Below, piece after piece: positions 26,277 through 38,639 of a stretch of DNA of 64,000 nucleotides. Position numbers and translations under genes: made by a program. The stretch is from Octopus vulgaris. Taxonomy: Eukaryota. The notes below the pieces were generated by a model, which was not told the DNA's origin, made no database searches, and was given only the letters and a program-made list of their open reading frames with translations. Each line of letters begins with the position of its first letter. Positions within the stretch are counted from its first letter, which is position 1. The stretch lies in contig OX597817.1 in the NCBI GenBank assembly GCA_951406725.2, forward strand, positions 16,182,001-16,246,000. The letters are read 5' to 3'.

Positions 26277-26730
26277 TTAACCAAAACACCTTGTGAAAAG
26301 GGGATCGCTATGAACTTCCCAGTGGGTTCATTTTGCCTGGCCCCTCAGGTCAGTGAAAAACAAATGCTGAACTCGTACAAGTTAATCCATGACCAGTCTG
26401 GAGCATTTTGCAAGTTTCTGTAATGTTTTTGCCCTGTTTAACATAAAACTTTATAGCACAGTGAGGTTCCACATTGGCCTCACACCCCGACTGCCTTCTG
26501 CAAACTAGTCAGCTATGACAAGAAGTGTTAAGTAGGGTGCATTTAAAGTGCTGTTACAGCTGTCTCCTGCAATCTGGAATAACAAAAGTTGGCAGGTCAG
26601 CTTATTAGATGTATAGTAACCATGTGCTAAAGTTACGATAATCTAGGACAGTTATAAATGCCTCTCTTAAACAAGTCTCAAAACTTCTGAAAAACATGCA
26701 CATATCAAAACTGAACCAAATAATTTTTAA

Positions 26731-26951
26731 CCCTTTAGCATTTAAACCGGCCATATCCGGCCAAAAGTATTTTGTCTGTTTTATGTTCAAACTGGCCAGA
26801 TCTGGTCTCTCACACCAACCCTATAACATTGTTTTAAAAATTAACAGCGACCTCATCAAAATCTCATAACTACAAGATAATGCATGATTAGTTCAAAGCA
26901 ATGTGGATAAAAAAGCATTAATTTTGGCAGAACAATGTGAACACTAAAGGG
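26731..26951 (+). mobile_element. piggyBac-type MITE, subtype B, about 20 bp from the CDK4/6 splice donor
   Basis: TTAA TSD and CCCTTTAG/CTAAAGGG TIRs. Confidence 0.9.
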
Positions 26952-26972
26952 TTAAAAAGATACTCAACTTAC

Positions 26973-27217
26973 CGTACAATATTTTCATGTTCAAAATTTT
27001 CCATTCTACGTAAGGCTGCGATTTCTCTTATTGCACTAGTTGGAACACCTTCTTTAGAATATGGAAGAGGAATTTGTTTCATAGCTACATACTGCCCACT
27101 TTTTCGGTCACGTGCTTTATACACAGTTCCATAAGCACCACGACCAATCTCAGAAAGTTTATCGAAATTACTTGAGGATTCTTGTTTGCTGTTCAAAAAA
27201 CTCCAAGTAGTAGCCAT
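26973..27217 (-). CDS. CDK4/6: First coding exon of a CDK4/CDK6-like cyclin-dependent kinase (N-lobe); remaining exons lie outside the window
   Basis: Translation FDKLSEIGRGAYGTVYKARD...VAMKQI...EGVPTSAIREIAALRRMENFEHENIVR has the Gly loop GxGAYG, catalytic Lys, a PSTAIRE-type helix and the FEH insert typical of CDK4/6. Donor CG|GTAAGT at 26972 splits the Arg codon in phase 2, as in vertebrate CDK4/6. Acceptor TCTGTTTCAG at 27258-27267, so the exon spans 26973-27257. Confidence 0.93.
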
Positions 27218-27218
27218 A

Positions 27219-27233
27219 TCAGAACCAGCTCAT
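27219..27233 (-). promoter_or_regulatory. Upstream ORF (MSWF*) in the CDK4/6 5' UTR
   Basis: Minus strand reads ATG AGC TGG TTC TGA T ATG GCT. The uORF is inside the exon (downstream of the acceptor) and stops 1 nt before the kinase ATG. Confidence 0.7.
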
Positions 27234-27488
27234 TAGCTCAGTACAAAACTCAGCCTCCTGAAACAGATTTTAAAAAAATATAACAGTGACCGAATTCCAA
27301 AGATAAATGTAAATTGAAGTCTTTAAAAAAAAAATCAAAAGATTTTGATTATTATTAAACGTTAGAAGCATCAACTTTGGGCAGAAAAAAAGCAAAAGGA
27401 GTGCTGATAGGATTTGAACCACATGTTTATTGTTTGCCTTTGGCAAACACCAAACAAAGGTAGAACACCTTGCTAAGTTCTACATTAA

Positions 27489-27707
27489 CCCTTTAGTATT
27501 TAAACCGGCCATATCCGGCCAAAATAGCTAATCTGTTTTATGTTCAAACTGACCAGATCCAGGCCCTCACACCTGCCCTACAATGTTATTCTACATTAAG
27601 TAATTACACCATCAAGATCTTGAAGATATGAGATAATGCATGATTAATTCAAATCAATGGGAATCAATAAGCATTGTGTTTGATAGAATAATCTGAACGC
27701 TAAAGGG
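27489..27707 (+). mobile_element. piggyBac-type MITE, subtype A
   Basis: TTAA TSD and TIRs; nearly identical to 25522-25740. Confidence 0.9.
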
Positions 27708-27799
27708 TTAACAGAATAGCCCATCCTAATTATCTTAGAGAGATAAAATAACAGAAATAAAATATGTAATCTAATTTGGGAAAATGGAATGGGTAAACT

Positions 27800-28905
27800 C
27801 TTTTTTTTTTTTTTTTTACTTGTTTCAGTCATTTGACTGCGGCCATGCTGGAGCACCGCCTTTAATCGAGCAACTCGACCCCGGGACTTATTCTTTGTAA
27901 TTCCAGTACTTATTTGCCGAACCGCTAAGTGACGGGGACATAAACACACCAGCATCGGTTGTCAAGCAATGCTAGGGGGACAAACACAAACATACATGCA
28001 CACACATATATACATATATATATACATATATATGACGGGCTTCTTTCAGTTTCCGTCTACCAAATCCACTCACAAGGCTTTGGTCGGCCCGAGGCTATAG
28101 TAGAAGACACTTGCCCAAGGTGTCACGCAGTGGGACTGAACCCAGTACCATGTGGTTGGTAAACAAGCTACTTACCACACGGCCACTCCGGCGCCTTTGT
28201 TTACATTAGTAACATAATCCATAATGCAGTCACCCATCAAGCAATAGATGTGTGATTAAAATCCCACAAATGAGACAGCTGAAGTTTATGGGGTTTTGAG
28301 GGAGAGGAGGAATCTTTTGTTGTTGTTTTCTTTGGAGGTTTTTATTTTTTGTCACACTCTTTTACTTGTTTCACTCATTTGACTGCGGCCATGCTGGAGC
28401 ACCGCCTTTAGTCAAGAAAATCGACCCCAGGACTTATTCTTTGTAAGCCTAGTACTTATTCTATCGGTCTCTTTCACCAAACCGCTAGGTTACGGGGGAC
28501 GTAAACACACCAGCATCGGTTGTCAAGCAATGTTGAGGGAACAAACACACACACACATATATATACATATATACGATGGGCTTCTTTCAGTTTCTGAATA
28601 CCAAATCCACTCACAAGGCTTTGGTTAGCCCGAGGCTATAGTAGAAGACACTTGCCCAAGGTGCCATGTGGTGGGACTGAACCTGGAACCATGTGGTTTG
28701 TAGGACAAACACAGACACACACACACATACATATACATACATACGATGGGCTTCTTTCAGTTTCCAAATACCAAATCCACTCACAAGGCTTTGGTCGGCC
28801 CGAGGCTATAGTAGAAGACACTTGCCCAAGGTGCCATGCAGTAGGACTGAACCTGGAACCATGTGGTTCGTAAGCAAGCTACTTACCACACAGCCTCCTG
28901 CACCT
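27800..28905 (-). mobile_element. Family 1 SINEs: 27800-28196, and 28355-28905 with a duplicated head half
   Basis: Diagnostic blocks; the head region occurs twice in tandem at about 28560-28700 and 28700-28905. Confidence 0.85.
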
Positions 28906-29379
28906 ATATTGATGTTTAGAATGCTTAATAACATTTATATTAAAATCTAATATTAGCCATTTTGTTGGCAGTAGGATGTGATTTGAGCAAGATTTGGCTA
29001 CTATTTCTTTGCAGGCAACAACACAGAGACTCCTTCACTGACTTGTTGAAATCAAATGGTTGTTATGGTTCAGCCTTAGGTCAAAGTGATTGAGAAAAAC
29101 TATAATCAAAGACATTCCTACCATGACCTTCCACTCATTTATGACACTGCTCTTTGGAGTTATTTCATACCTCAGCCATATTTATCATTATTCATAATCA
29201 GCATCACTACACCCCCCTCTATTACCATTCTTCTATACAATACACAAAGTCATGTGACATGTTTGTAGCAATTGATTCGACCACAACAAACATGCAGCAT
29301 ATGAGTGTAACAAAACTGAAATGACATTGCAACAGCATAATTCAACCAATGAAAACACATCTCTGCATACCTCCTGTAT

Positions 29380-30545
29380 ATGACAGACTTCTTACAGTTT
29401 CCATCTATCAAATCTACTGTGCCGGTGACACGTCTGTGCTGGTGGCACGTAAAAAGCACCCAATACACTCACAGAGTGGTTGGCGTTAGGAAGGGCATCC
29501 AGCCGTAGAAACATTACCAGATCAGACTGGGCCTGGTGCAGCATTCTGGCTTCCCAGACCCCAGTTGAACCGTCCAACCCATGCTAGCATGGAAAGCGGA
29601 CGCTAAACAATAATGATGATGATGATGAAATCCACTCACAAGGCTTTGGTCAGCCCAAGGCTATAGAAGAAGACACTTGCCCAAGGAACCCCGCAGGGGG
29701 ACTGAACCCAGAACCATGTGGTTGGGAAGCAAGCTTCTTACCACATAGCCAAAACAGCAAGCTGGCAGAATCATTAAAACACCAGAAGAAAAATGCTTAG
29801 TGGCATTTCTTCTGAGTTCAAATACCACCAGGGTCAACTTTGTTTTCATCCTTTCGGGGTCAATGAAATAAGCACCAGTTGAACACTGGGGTCGATGTAA
29901 TCAAATTACTTCTACTTTGAAATTGCTGGCCTTACGCCAAATTTTGAAACCAATATACACAGGCATGGCTGAGTTGTTAGAAAGCTTGCTTCTCAGCCAC
30001 ATGGTTTTGGGTTCAGTCCTACTGTGTGGCACCTTAAGCAAGTGTCTTCTGCCATAGCCACAGGCTGACCAAAGTCTAGTGATTGAATTTAGTAGACATA
30101 AGTTTGTATATATATATACATACACACACATATACACATAGAACAAACTTCACACAGTTTCTTATTATTTTTTATTGCCTACAAGGGGCTAAACAGAGGG
30201 GACAAACAAGGACAGACAAAGGGATTAAGTTGATTACATTGACCCCAGTACATAACTGGGACTTAATTTATCGACCCTGAAAAGATGAAAAGCAAAGTTG
30301 ACCTCGGCGGAATTTGAACTCAATACGTAACGGCAGATGAAATACTGCTAAGCATTTCGCCCAGCGTGCTAACATTTCTGCCAACTCACTGCCTTCACAC
30401 AGTTTTTGCCAACCAAATACCCTGATAAGACATTGGTCAACCTAAGGATATTAGTGGAAGAAACTTGCCCAAGGTGCTGTTCAGTGGGGCTGAACCAGTA
30501 ACCACACGGTTGAGAAGTTATCTTCTTAACTACACAGTCATACCT
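29380..30545. mobile_element. Nested SINE cluster (family 4 at 29419-29627 inside family 1; family 2 copies at ~29760-29950 and 30160-30395)
   Basis: AAATC(T/C)ACT is duplicated on both sides of the family 4 insertion; family 2 core GTCGAC...CATCC present. Confidence 0.75.
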
Positions 30546-30594
30546 GTCATTATATATTATTCAATATATAAAATGTGAAACAGCAATTATGTAT

Positions 30595-31011
30595 ACTCTT
30601 ACTCTTTTACTTGTTTCAGTCATTTGACTGCGGCCATGCTGGAGCACCGCCTTTTTTAATCGAGCAACTCGACCCCGGGATTTATTCTTTTGTAAGCCCA
30701 GTACTTATTCTATCGGTCTCTTTTGCCGAACCGCTAAGTAACGGGGACATAAACCCACCAGCATTGGTTGTCAAGCAATGCTAGGGGGACAAACACATAC
30801 ACACAAACACACACACACGCATATATATATATATATATACATATATATGACAGGCTTCTTTCAGTTTCCGTCTACCAAATCCACTCACAAGGCTTTGGTC
30901 GGCCCGAGGCTATAATAGAAGACACTTGCCCAAGATGCCACGCAGTGGGACTGAACCCGGAACCATGTGGTTGGTAAACAAGCTACTTACCACACAGCCA
31001 TTCCCACTCCT
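30595..31011 (-). mobile_element. SINE family 1, full length
   Basis: Complete head, core and tail. Confidence 0.9.
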
Positions 31012-31274
31012 ACGTATATTTAGAAAACTTCTGAAAATTTGATTTGGCAAAAGATAATTTTGTATACAAATACTTAACAGACATGACATGTAAACAAGTA
31101 GACTTATTGAAATGAAATGGTACAATACCAAAAACAACAGGTTTTTTAACAGCTCTTATATTTGTTTCAGTCATTAGACTGTGGTCATGCTCGGGAACCA
31201 CCCTGAAGAATGAATCAACCCTAGGACATTTTTTTTAAGCATGACAAAGATACACACACACACACACACATATA

Positions 31275-32385
31275 TCATCATCATTTAACATCCACTTTCC
31301 ATGCTGGCACGGGTTAGACAGTTTTGACTGGAAATGATAAGCTGGAGAGCTGCACTAGGTTCTAGTCAGTTTTGGCATGGTTTCTACAGCTGGATGCTCT
31401 TCCTAATGCCAACCACTCTGATGGTGCTCTTTACATGCCACCAGCATGAGTGTCATATACATGACACCAGCAACAGCCACAACTATGATTTCACGGGTGC
31501 CATTCACATGACACTGGCAACAGCCATGACTATGGTTTTGTTCCTTCTCGAGCCATGCTTGGCTCATAAGGGCCGGTTTCCTGGTTTCCTTGGCGTATAG
31601 GTTCCCCACCTGGACAGGACGCCAGTCCGTTGCAAATGAGCTGCAAGAGGAAAGAGTGAGAGAAAGTTGTGGCGGAAGAGTCAGCAGAAGTTCACATTTA
31701 CCTTCTGCCGGAGTCGCGTGGAGCTTAGGTGTTTTGCTCATAAACACACGGCACGTTAAAAGCACCAACCGATCGTGGCCGATGCCAGACCCCTCTGGCA
31801 CCTGTGCAGGTGGCACATAAAAAGCACCCACTACACTCGCGGAGTGGTTGGCGTTAGGAAGGGCATCCACCAGTAGAAACACTGCCAGATCAGACTGGAG
31901 TCTGGTGCAGCCCCTGGCTTCCCAGACCCCGATCGAACCGTCCAACCCGTGCTAGCGCGGAAAACAGACGTTAAACGATGATGATGATGATGATTGCCCG
32001 GTCTGAAATTCAAACCCACGATCCCTCGACTGCGAGTCCGCTGCTCTAACCACTAGGCCATGTGCCTCCACATGACTATGGTTTCACCTGGCTTGACGAG
32101 TCTTCTCAAGCACAGGATATCGTCAAAGGTCTTGGTCACTTGTCATCGCCTCCGTGAGGCCGAAGATCATGTTACCAGCAACGGTCATGATTACAATCTC
32201 ACAGGTGCCGCTCACACGACACTGGCAACAGCCATGGCTACAATTTCACTTCGCTTGACAAGTCTTCTCAAGCACAGCATATCGCCAAAGGTCTCGGTCA
32301 TTTGTCCTCACCTCTGTTAGCTCAACATTCAAAGATCATGCTTCACCACCTTGTCTCATATGTCTTCCTGGGTCTATCTAAATGG
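31275..32385. mobile_element. Nested cluster: old RTE-X 3' end (-), family 3 SINE (-), family 4 element (+, 31748-31993) inside it
   Basis: The family 3 sequence TAAACACAC...TGCCCGGTCTG is split by the family 4 insert. Confidence 0.7.
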
Positions 32386-33185
32386 GTTTTTGCAGTTTGC
32401 ATCTACCATATCCACTCACAAGGCTTTGGTCGACCCAAGGAGCCACATGGTGGGACTCGATCATGTGATTAGTAACCAAGCTTCTTATCACACAGCCACA
32501 CCTTACAGAAAATTTCTATATCACAGTTCTATTATTATCTCCATCACCATCATCAACATCATCATCATCATGCTTGTACAAGGTGGATGCTGTAATAGGA
32601 TCTTATGGGTCCAAGGACTATATTACGCTTTGGTTTGGCATGAGTTTTATGGCTCAATGCCCTTCCTAACACCAACCATGTTACCATGCAGCACGCAGGT
32701 CTACGAAATGCAAGGGGTGAGGTTTTATGCTGGCAGGTGAGAGTTCAGGTATGACAGAACTCCATTAGCAGTCCTCACCCCTACATCCACCCTTCAAAGC
32801 TACCCAGTCCTTAAATACGTTACCTACTGCCCCTCTCCCCCATCTTTATGCACCCTTCACTGGCTCCTTGTTTCTCTGTACACATTCCTACTTACTTTGT
32901 CTCTTTGGAGCTGCTACTGATTAATTTTTCTTTCTCTCCTAAATGTGAGTAGCCACGTAGTTCCCTTACAAGAGCCTATAGTTATGGCCTTGCATGTGTG
33001 TGTGTATGTGCGTCTGTCTGTGTCTGTGTGTGTGTGTGCATGTGTGTCTGTCTGTGTCTGTGTAACCTGGAGTGAGAGAGAGAGAGAGAGAAATACATAC
33101 ACACACAAGGCTATTCACAATGAACCATGCAGTGAGATCAAACCTGAATCTATGATTGTGAACAGAACTTCTCAATCACATAACT

Positions 33186-33520
33186 AAGGAGTATAAAATA
33201 TACTTCATGATAAATAATACGCAGGCATATGCAAGAATGATTTCAGTACATCATCATCATCATCATCATTATCATCATCATCGTTTAACGTCCGTTCTCC
33301 ATGCTAGCATGGGTTGGACGGTTCGACTGGGGATCTGGGAAGCCAGAAGGCTGCACCAGGCTCCAGTCTTATCTGGCAGCCTTCTGGCTTCCCAGATCCC
33401 CGGTCGAACCGTCCAACCCATGCTAGCATGGAGAAACGGACGTTAAACGATGATGATGATGATGATGTACTGAAATCATTCTTGCATATTATTTATCATG
33501 AAGTATATTTTATACCCCTT
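33186..33520. repeat. Near-perfect fold-back inverted duplication (arms 33186-33354 and 33376-33520, 21-nt loop)
   Basis: Family 4 tail plus about 60 bp of flanking DNA is repeated in reverse complement. Confidence 0.95.
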
Positions 33521-33584
33521 TGTTTTTGCATTTACTTCTAACATGAGTTCTAACTCCAAACCGTTAAGCAGAATTAACATCTGC

Positions 33585-34748
33585 ATAAAAAATTCTATGT
33601 GCAGCAAAATCAAAGGAAGGTTAACTGAGAAGATAGTTTTTGTGTGTGGCAAATGCACAGGGGCAATAAACACTGAAAATGTGCAGAAAACAGCTTCCAT
33701 CACATTCCAGGAGGAAAAACTACAAGTAGTTGATAGATTCCGTTACATAGGTGACCAAGTCAGTAACAGAGATGGATGCTCTGAGAGAGTAGCTGCTAGA
33801 ATAAGAATAGCATGGGCAAAGTTCAGAGAGCTCCTATCTCTGCTGGTGACAAAGGGCCTCTTGCTCAGAGTAAAAGGTAGACTGTATGATGCATATGTGC
33901 AAACAGCCATGCTACATAGCAGTGAAACATGGGCTATGACTGCTGAGGACATGCGTAAGCTTGCAAGGAATGAAGCCAGTATGCTCTGCTGGATGTGTAA
34001 AGTCAGTGTGCAAACACGACAGAGTATAAGCACCCTGAGAGAAAAGTTGGACATAAGAAGCATCAGATGTGGTGTGCAAGAGAGACGATTGCACTGGTAT
34101 GGTCACGCGTTGCGTATGAAAATGTGTCACACCCTAGCAGTAGAGGGAACTTGTGGAAGTAGACCCAAGAAAACCTGGGATGAGGTGGTGAAGCACATTG
34201 GGCCTCATGGAGGCGATGACAAGTAACCAAGACCTTTGGAGATATGCTGTTTGAGAAGACCTGGCAAGCCAAGTGAGACCATAACCAGCCTATTTAAGAG
34301 TACCATTCAATCATTGGGCAATAAACTGTGCTTGCAAAGACCTGTTGAGTCAAGTGAAGTCATTGTCGTGGCCAATGACAGTACTGATTGGCACCTATGC
34401 TGGTGGCACGTAAAAAGCACCATTCGAACATGGTCGATGCCAGTAGCACATAAAAACCACCATTCAAGTGGGATCATTGCCAGTGCTGCCTGACTGGCTC
34501 CCTTGCCGGTGGTACATAAAAAGCATCATTCAAATGTGGTCGATACCTGACTGGCCCACATGCCGGTGGCACATAAAAAGCACACATTACACTCTCAGAG
34601 TGGTTGGCATTAGAAAAGGCATCCAGCTGTAGAAACTTTGCCAGATTGGAGTGCAGCCTTCTGGCTTGCCAGCCCTCAGTCAAACCATCCAACCCATGCC
34701 AGCATGGAAAGCAGACAGTAAACAACAACAATGATGATGATGATGATG
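33585..34748 (+). mobile_element. RTE-X-like LINE, 5'-truncated: C-terminal ORF plus 3' UTR with hairpin units and (GAT)n tail
   Basis: FRYIGD, ARIRIAWAKFRELL, KGRLY, SETWA, RRLHWYGH and RPKKTWDEVV are standard post-RT RTE motifs. Physically links family 4 to this LINE. Confidence 0.9.
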
Positions 34749-35548
34749 AACGAAGCTTGTCATTTTTGCAAGGTACTACACTTGTAGTGTCAGGACTGTA
34801 TATTTACTCCCAGTATAAAAAAGGCCTTGCACTTCCAGCCAGAAGTGCAGTCCGAAGAGTTGTCAATATCTTACCAGTTATATGCCATAACCAGGAATAT
34901 ACAGCTCAACAAAAGGCACAGGTGTGATTGTATCATTAAGAAGCCTACTTCCCAAGCATGTTGTCCTGGATTCAGACCCAGTGCATGGTACCTTGGGCAA
35001 GTGCCTTCCTACTAAAGCCCCAAGCCAACTAATGCCATGTGAGTGGATTTGGTAGATGGAAACTGAAAAAAGTTCATTATGTGTGTGTGGTGTGGTGTGG
35101 TGTGGTGTGGTGTGGTGTGGTGTGGTGGGGGTGGGGGTTAACCCGTGTCTAGACATCAGGTGATGCTTGTAAATGTGCATCATTGTCATACAAGAAATGC
35201 TATCCGTTTCCAGTCTTCCATGAAAAACCTGCCTCGCTATGAGAAAATAAATAATACCTTGCTTGGAAACAGGTGAAGAATGGTGACAAAGAAGGGCATC
35301 TGGCCTTTCAGGAACATGGAACTAATTGTGTGCCCAGAGACTTAGGATTGCTTGGAAACATAAGACACATTATAGAAATCTGCCAAATTATGATGTCTCC
35401 AAGGCAAGAAACTATTAGAAGGTCTTATTTTAATACTGTATGCATTAAATATTTATCTCTCACTGAATGGAGCACCTTTTTTGTTGATCCTACATTAATG
35501 GAACAGCAAACTATATATAAATGTGTATGTGTATATGTATATATATAT

Positions 35549-35862
35549 CGTGCCGGTGGCACGTAAAAAGCACCATCCGTTCGTGTCCGTTGCCAGCCTC
35601 GCCTGGCCCCCGTGCCGGTGGCACATAAAAAGCATCATCCGTTCGTGGCCGTTTGCCAGCTCTGTCTGGCACCTGTGCAGGTGGCACGTAATAAGCACCC
35701 ACTACACTCACGGAGTGGTTGGCGTTAGGAAGGGCATCCAGCCATAGAAACACTGCCAGATCTGACTGGGCCTGATGAAGCCTTCCAGCTTCACAGACCC
35801 CAGTTGAACTGTCCAACCCATGCTGGCATGGAAAACAGACGCTAAACGATGATGATGATGAT
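35549..35862 (+). mobile_element. Family 4 element embedded in (TA)n
   Basis: Three hairpin units, conserved block, (GAT)n tail. Confidence 0.87.
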
Positions 35863-35906
<44 letters not shown>

Positions 35907-37157
35907 CAAAAGAGGGAGTGGTGTTTCCATGCAGGTAAAAAAATACATAGGAAAATGTGTTGCTGAAAATGCACTTAAATTTCAAAAACTTGTAAATGTT
36001 TAAAATACATTTATTTATTTATGTACCAAACTAGTTTCAACAAAATTTTTTCTTTATCAATGGTAAGAGTGTAAAATTAGAAAAACATCGTTATAAGTTT
36101 CAATGTTGACAAATCAAAGTTAAATTAAAATGTTTCAATGTTGATAAATTATCATGTTCAAAACAGAAGGCGTAAGTTTGAAATTAAAACTGTATATTAA
36201 TTTGTTAGAATGTACAAGGTTCATTAATTTTAGTGGTGGTCAACAAGTCATGCTGAAAAAAAAAACTGTGAGAATTGAAATAGTAAAAAAGGGGAAATTA
36301 TGGTTTCTCAGATATATATAGAGAAAAATACACTGATCAGTTTTAGTATTTTTACAACAAAGAATATATTTCCCTAGAGAGATTTACTAGGACCAAAACA
36401 TATGACACATATGAAAGCAATACCACCTACATTATCTATATCTTCCAAAAATGTTGGTTGTTTGATTTTATAGAAATTATGTTCTTTGTTGAGTTTAGCT
36501 TTTAAACACTCCTAGAGGAAGTTTTTACTTACTAATTGCATGAAGAATCTCAGTTAATCAAAGTTTCTCAACTCACTACAATGCATAACACTATGGTCTA
36601 ATATATGTATTATAGTGAGTATAAGGTATCTTCTGTCAAGCATATCATCTTCTTAGGTGCAAGTAGGATTTATTATATTATCCAGTAGCCTTATTTGGGG
36701 TTGTCATGCTCTGTTGTTCCAGGCCAGCCCCATCTAAGCATGTAATCAGCCAAATAATGAAACCTAACCCACAGGCTTTTCTACCTAGTCATACTGCTTC
36801 CGTTTGGCCAAAGGCCACACATCACACATCAACATTTTGTGCTGAATTATACGTGGTGCAGTTTGATAGTCTTGATTACCTTGTGCTTTCTCCACCATCC
36901 AATCTATTCCCACACACATGAAAGATTCTGTTGGTGGTCACAGCAGAGGAGGGTAAGACAGAGATACAGTGAGAGTGCAACGTTTTCTACTCCTGCACAC
37001 TTAATTGATGATGACGAGAAAAAAAAAAAACTAGCACAGGTTGCCGGGTTATTCCCATCACCAATAGGTGGAGCTATTGATAAAGCAGCTATTTCTGGGT
37101 GTACATAATCTTTCACATGCCCAGGCCGAATGGGAGATGTAATACTTTTAGGATACT

Positions 37158-37255
<98 letters not shown>
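37158..37255. repeat. Compound (TAG)n/(TGG)n microsatellite
   Basis: Direct reading; similar tract at 38188-38250. Confidence 0.95.
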
Positions 37256-37730
37256 CATAAGTGTTATATATATGTGTCTTTTCTTGTATTGACAGGGACT
37301 GTGGGGCTAAAAACAGGCTACAATGATACACAATGCCTTTCACCTGTCAAGGTGGTATTTTATCTTTAGTATTTTTGTTTTATTGTGTAGGTGGTTCGTA
37401 GGTGTGGCCTGTATACAACCTGTTATGATGCATGGTGCACTGTTTTGTGCCCTTTGTAGTTTATTGTTGTTTACTGCGAAAAGCACTCTCCCCACAAGGA
37501 GCATGGCAAGGCAGCCTGGTGTTGCTCCTAATCTTCGCCTGAATTCCACTAAACTCAGAAATAAGTGTTATTCAATATTTATTTTTGCATCTGGTTTTAT
37601 CTTACTTGCTTTTCATTTGTTTAGGTTTGATTTAGTAAGTAACAAGTATTTCCTACAATTTATTACTGGGGAGGAGGCAGAATTAGTTGAACTGGTCCTG
37701 ATATTATTGCTGGTATTTATTCAAGATGAC

Positions 37731-38129
37731 AGGCGCAGGAGTGGCTGTGTGGTAAGTAGCTTGCTAACCAACCACATGGTTGTGGGTTCAGTCCCACTGC
37801 GTGGCATCTTGAGCAAGTGTCTTCTGCTATAGCCTCGGGCCGACCAATGCCTTGTGAGTGGATTTGGTAGACGGAAACTGAAAGAAGCCCGTCGTATATA
37901 TGTATATATGTGTTTGTGTGTCTGTGTTTGTCCCCCTAGCATTGCTTGACAACCAATGCTGGTGTGTTTACGTCCCCGTCACTTAGCGGTTCGGCAAAAA
38001 GAGACCGATAGAATAAGTACTGGGCTTACAAAGAATAAGTCCCGGGGTCGATTTGCTCGACTAAAGGCGGTGCTCCAGCATGGCCGCAGTCAAATGACTG
38101 AAACAAGTAAAAGAAAAGAAAGAAAGAAA
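37731..38129 (+). mobile_element. SINE family 1, full length
   Basis: AGGCGCAGGAGTGGCTGTGTGG head to AAAG tail; ATGACAG-like TSD. Confidence 0.92.
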
Positions 38130-38639
38130 TGACAGAAAAAAGATGCATAGTTCAATGTTTTAAATCTTGTGCTATCCACCACCATAAAGTAGTAGTAGTA
38201 GTAGTAGTGGTGGTGGTGGTGTCATGGTGGTGATGGTGGTGGCAGTAGCAGAAGATAAAGGAGATATAATTTAGTGAAACTAAACTACTATTGAAAATGC
38301 CTTTACACAGATACTCTACCTGTTAGAAACAGAAGCCAAATTTCCCTCAAGGCACACTTTGTTGCCTTAGAGAAAGAAGGACACATTGGATAATATAATC
38401 CTAAAGACAAGACAATGTATCAAAAAAAAAAAAAAAGATAATCATAGTCTAAATGTCTTTTGATCATTGTCTTGATTAAGGCTGACCTGGGGCTAAACAA
38501 TGACAACTATGACCTAATTTTATTGAGGTGATGGGATTAAAGCCAATTGAATCAAACCCTACTCTTTATCAAAACTGGAGGATAAAGGAAAACCTAGATA
38601 GATGAAAGAGGAATAAAATAAGCAGATAAAAAATATTCC

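Larger units (their letters stand above)
25000..26294 (+). pseudogene. Decayed maT/mariner-like transposase relic carrying two MITE insertions
   Basis: FFLDEKN (first catalytic D region), KTKLPQTVMVF, NPMNYYVWG and terminal GSYFE* near 25944. Confidence 0.75.

Noticed and set aside
1-26960. Third CDK4/6 exon (expected L.DVC...LVFEH.DQDL)
   Set aside because: No such peptide found by eye or in the ORF track; it probably lies beyond the left edge. A short divergent exon could have been missed, and tBLASTn would settle it.
33498-34226. 242-aa ORF as a host gene
   Set aside because: It is the C-terminal part of an RTE-X LINE ORF; the N-terminus comes from the fold-back flank.
36700-37720. Several 70-170 aa ORFs in slightly GC-richer sequence
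   Set aside because: No recognisable domain or consistent splice signals; probably an old unclassified repeat.
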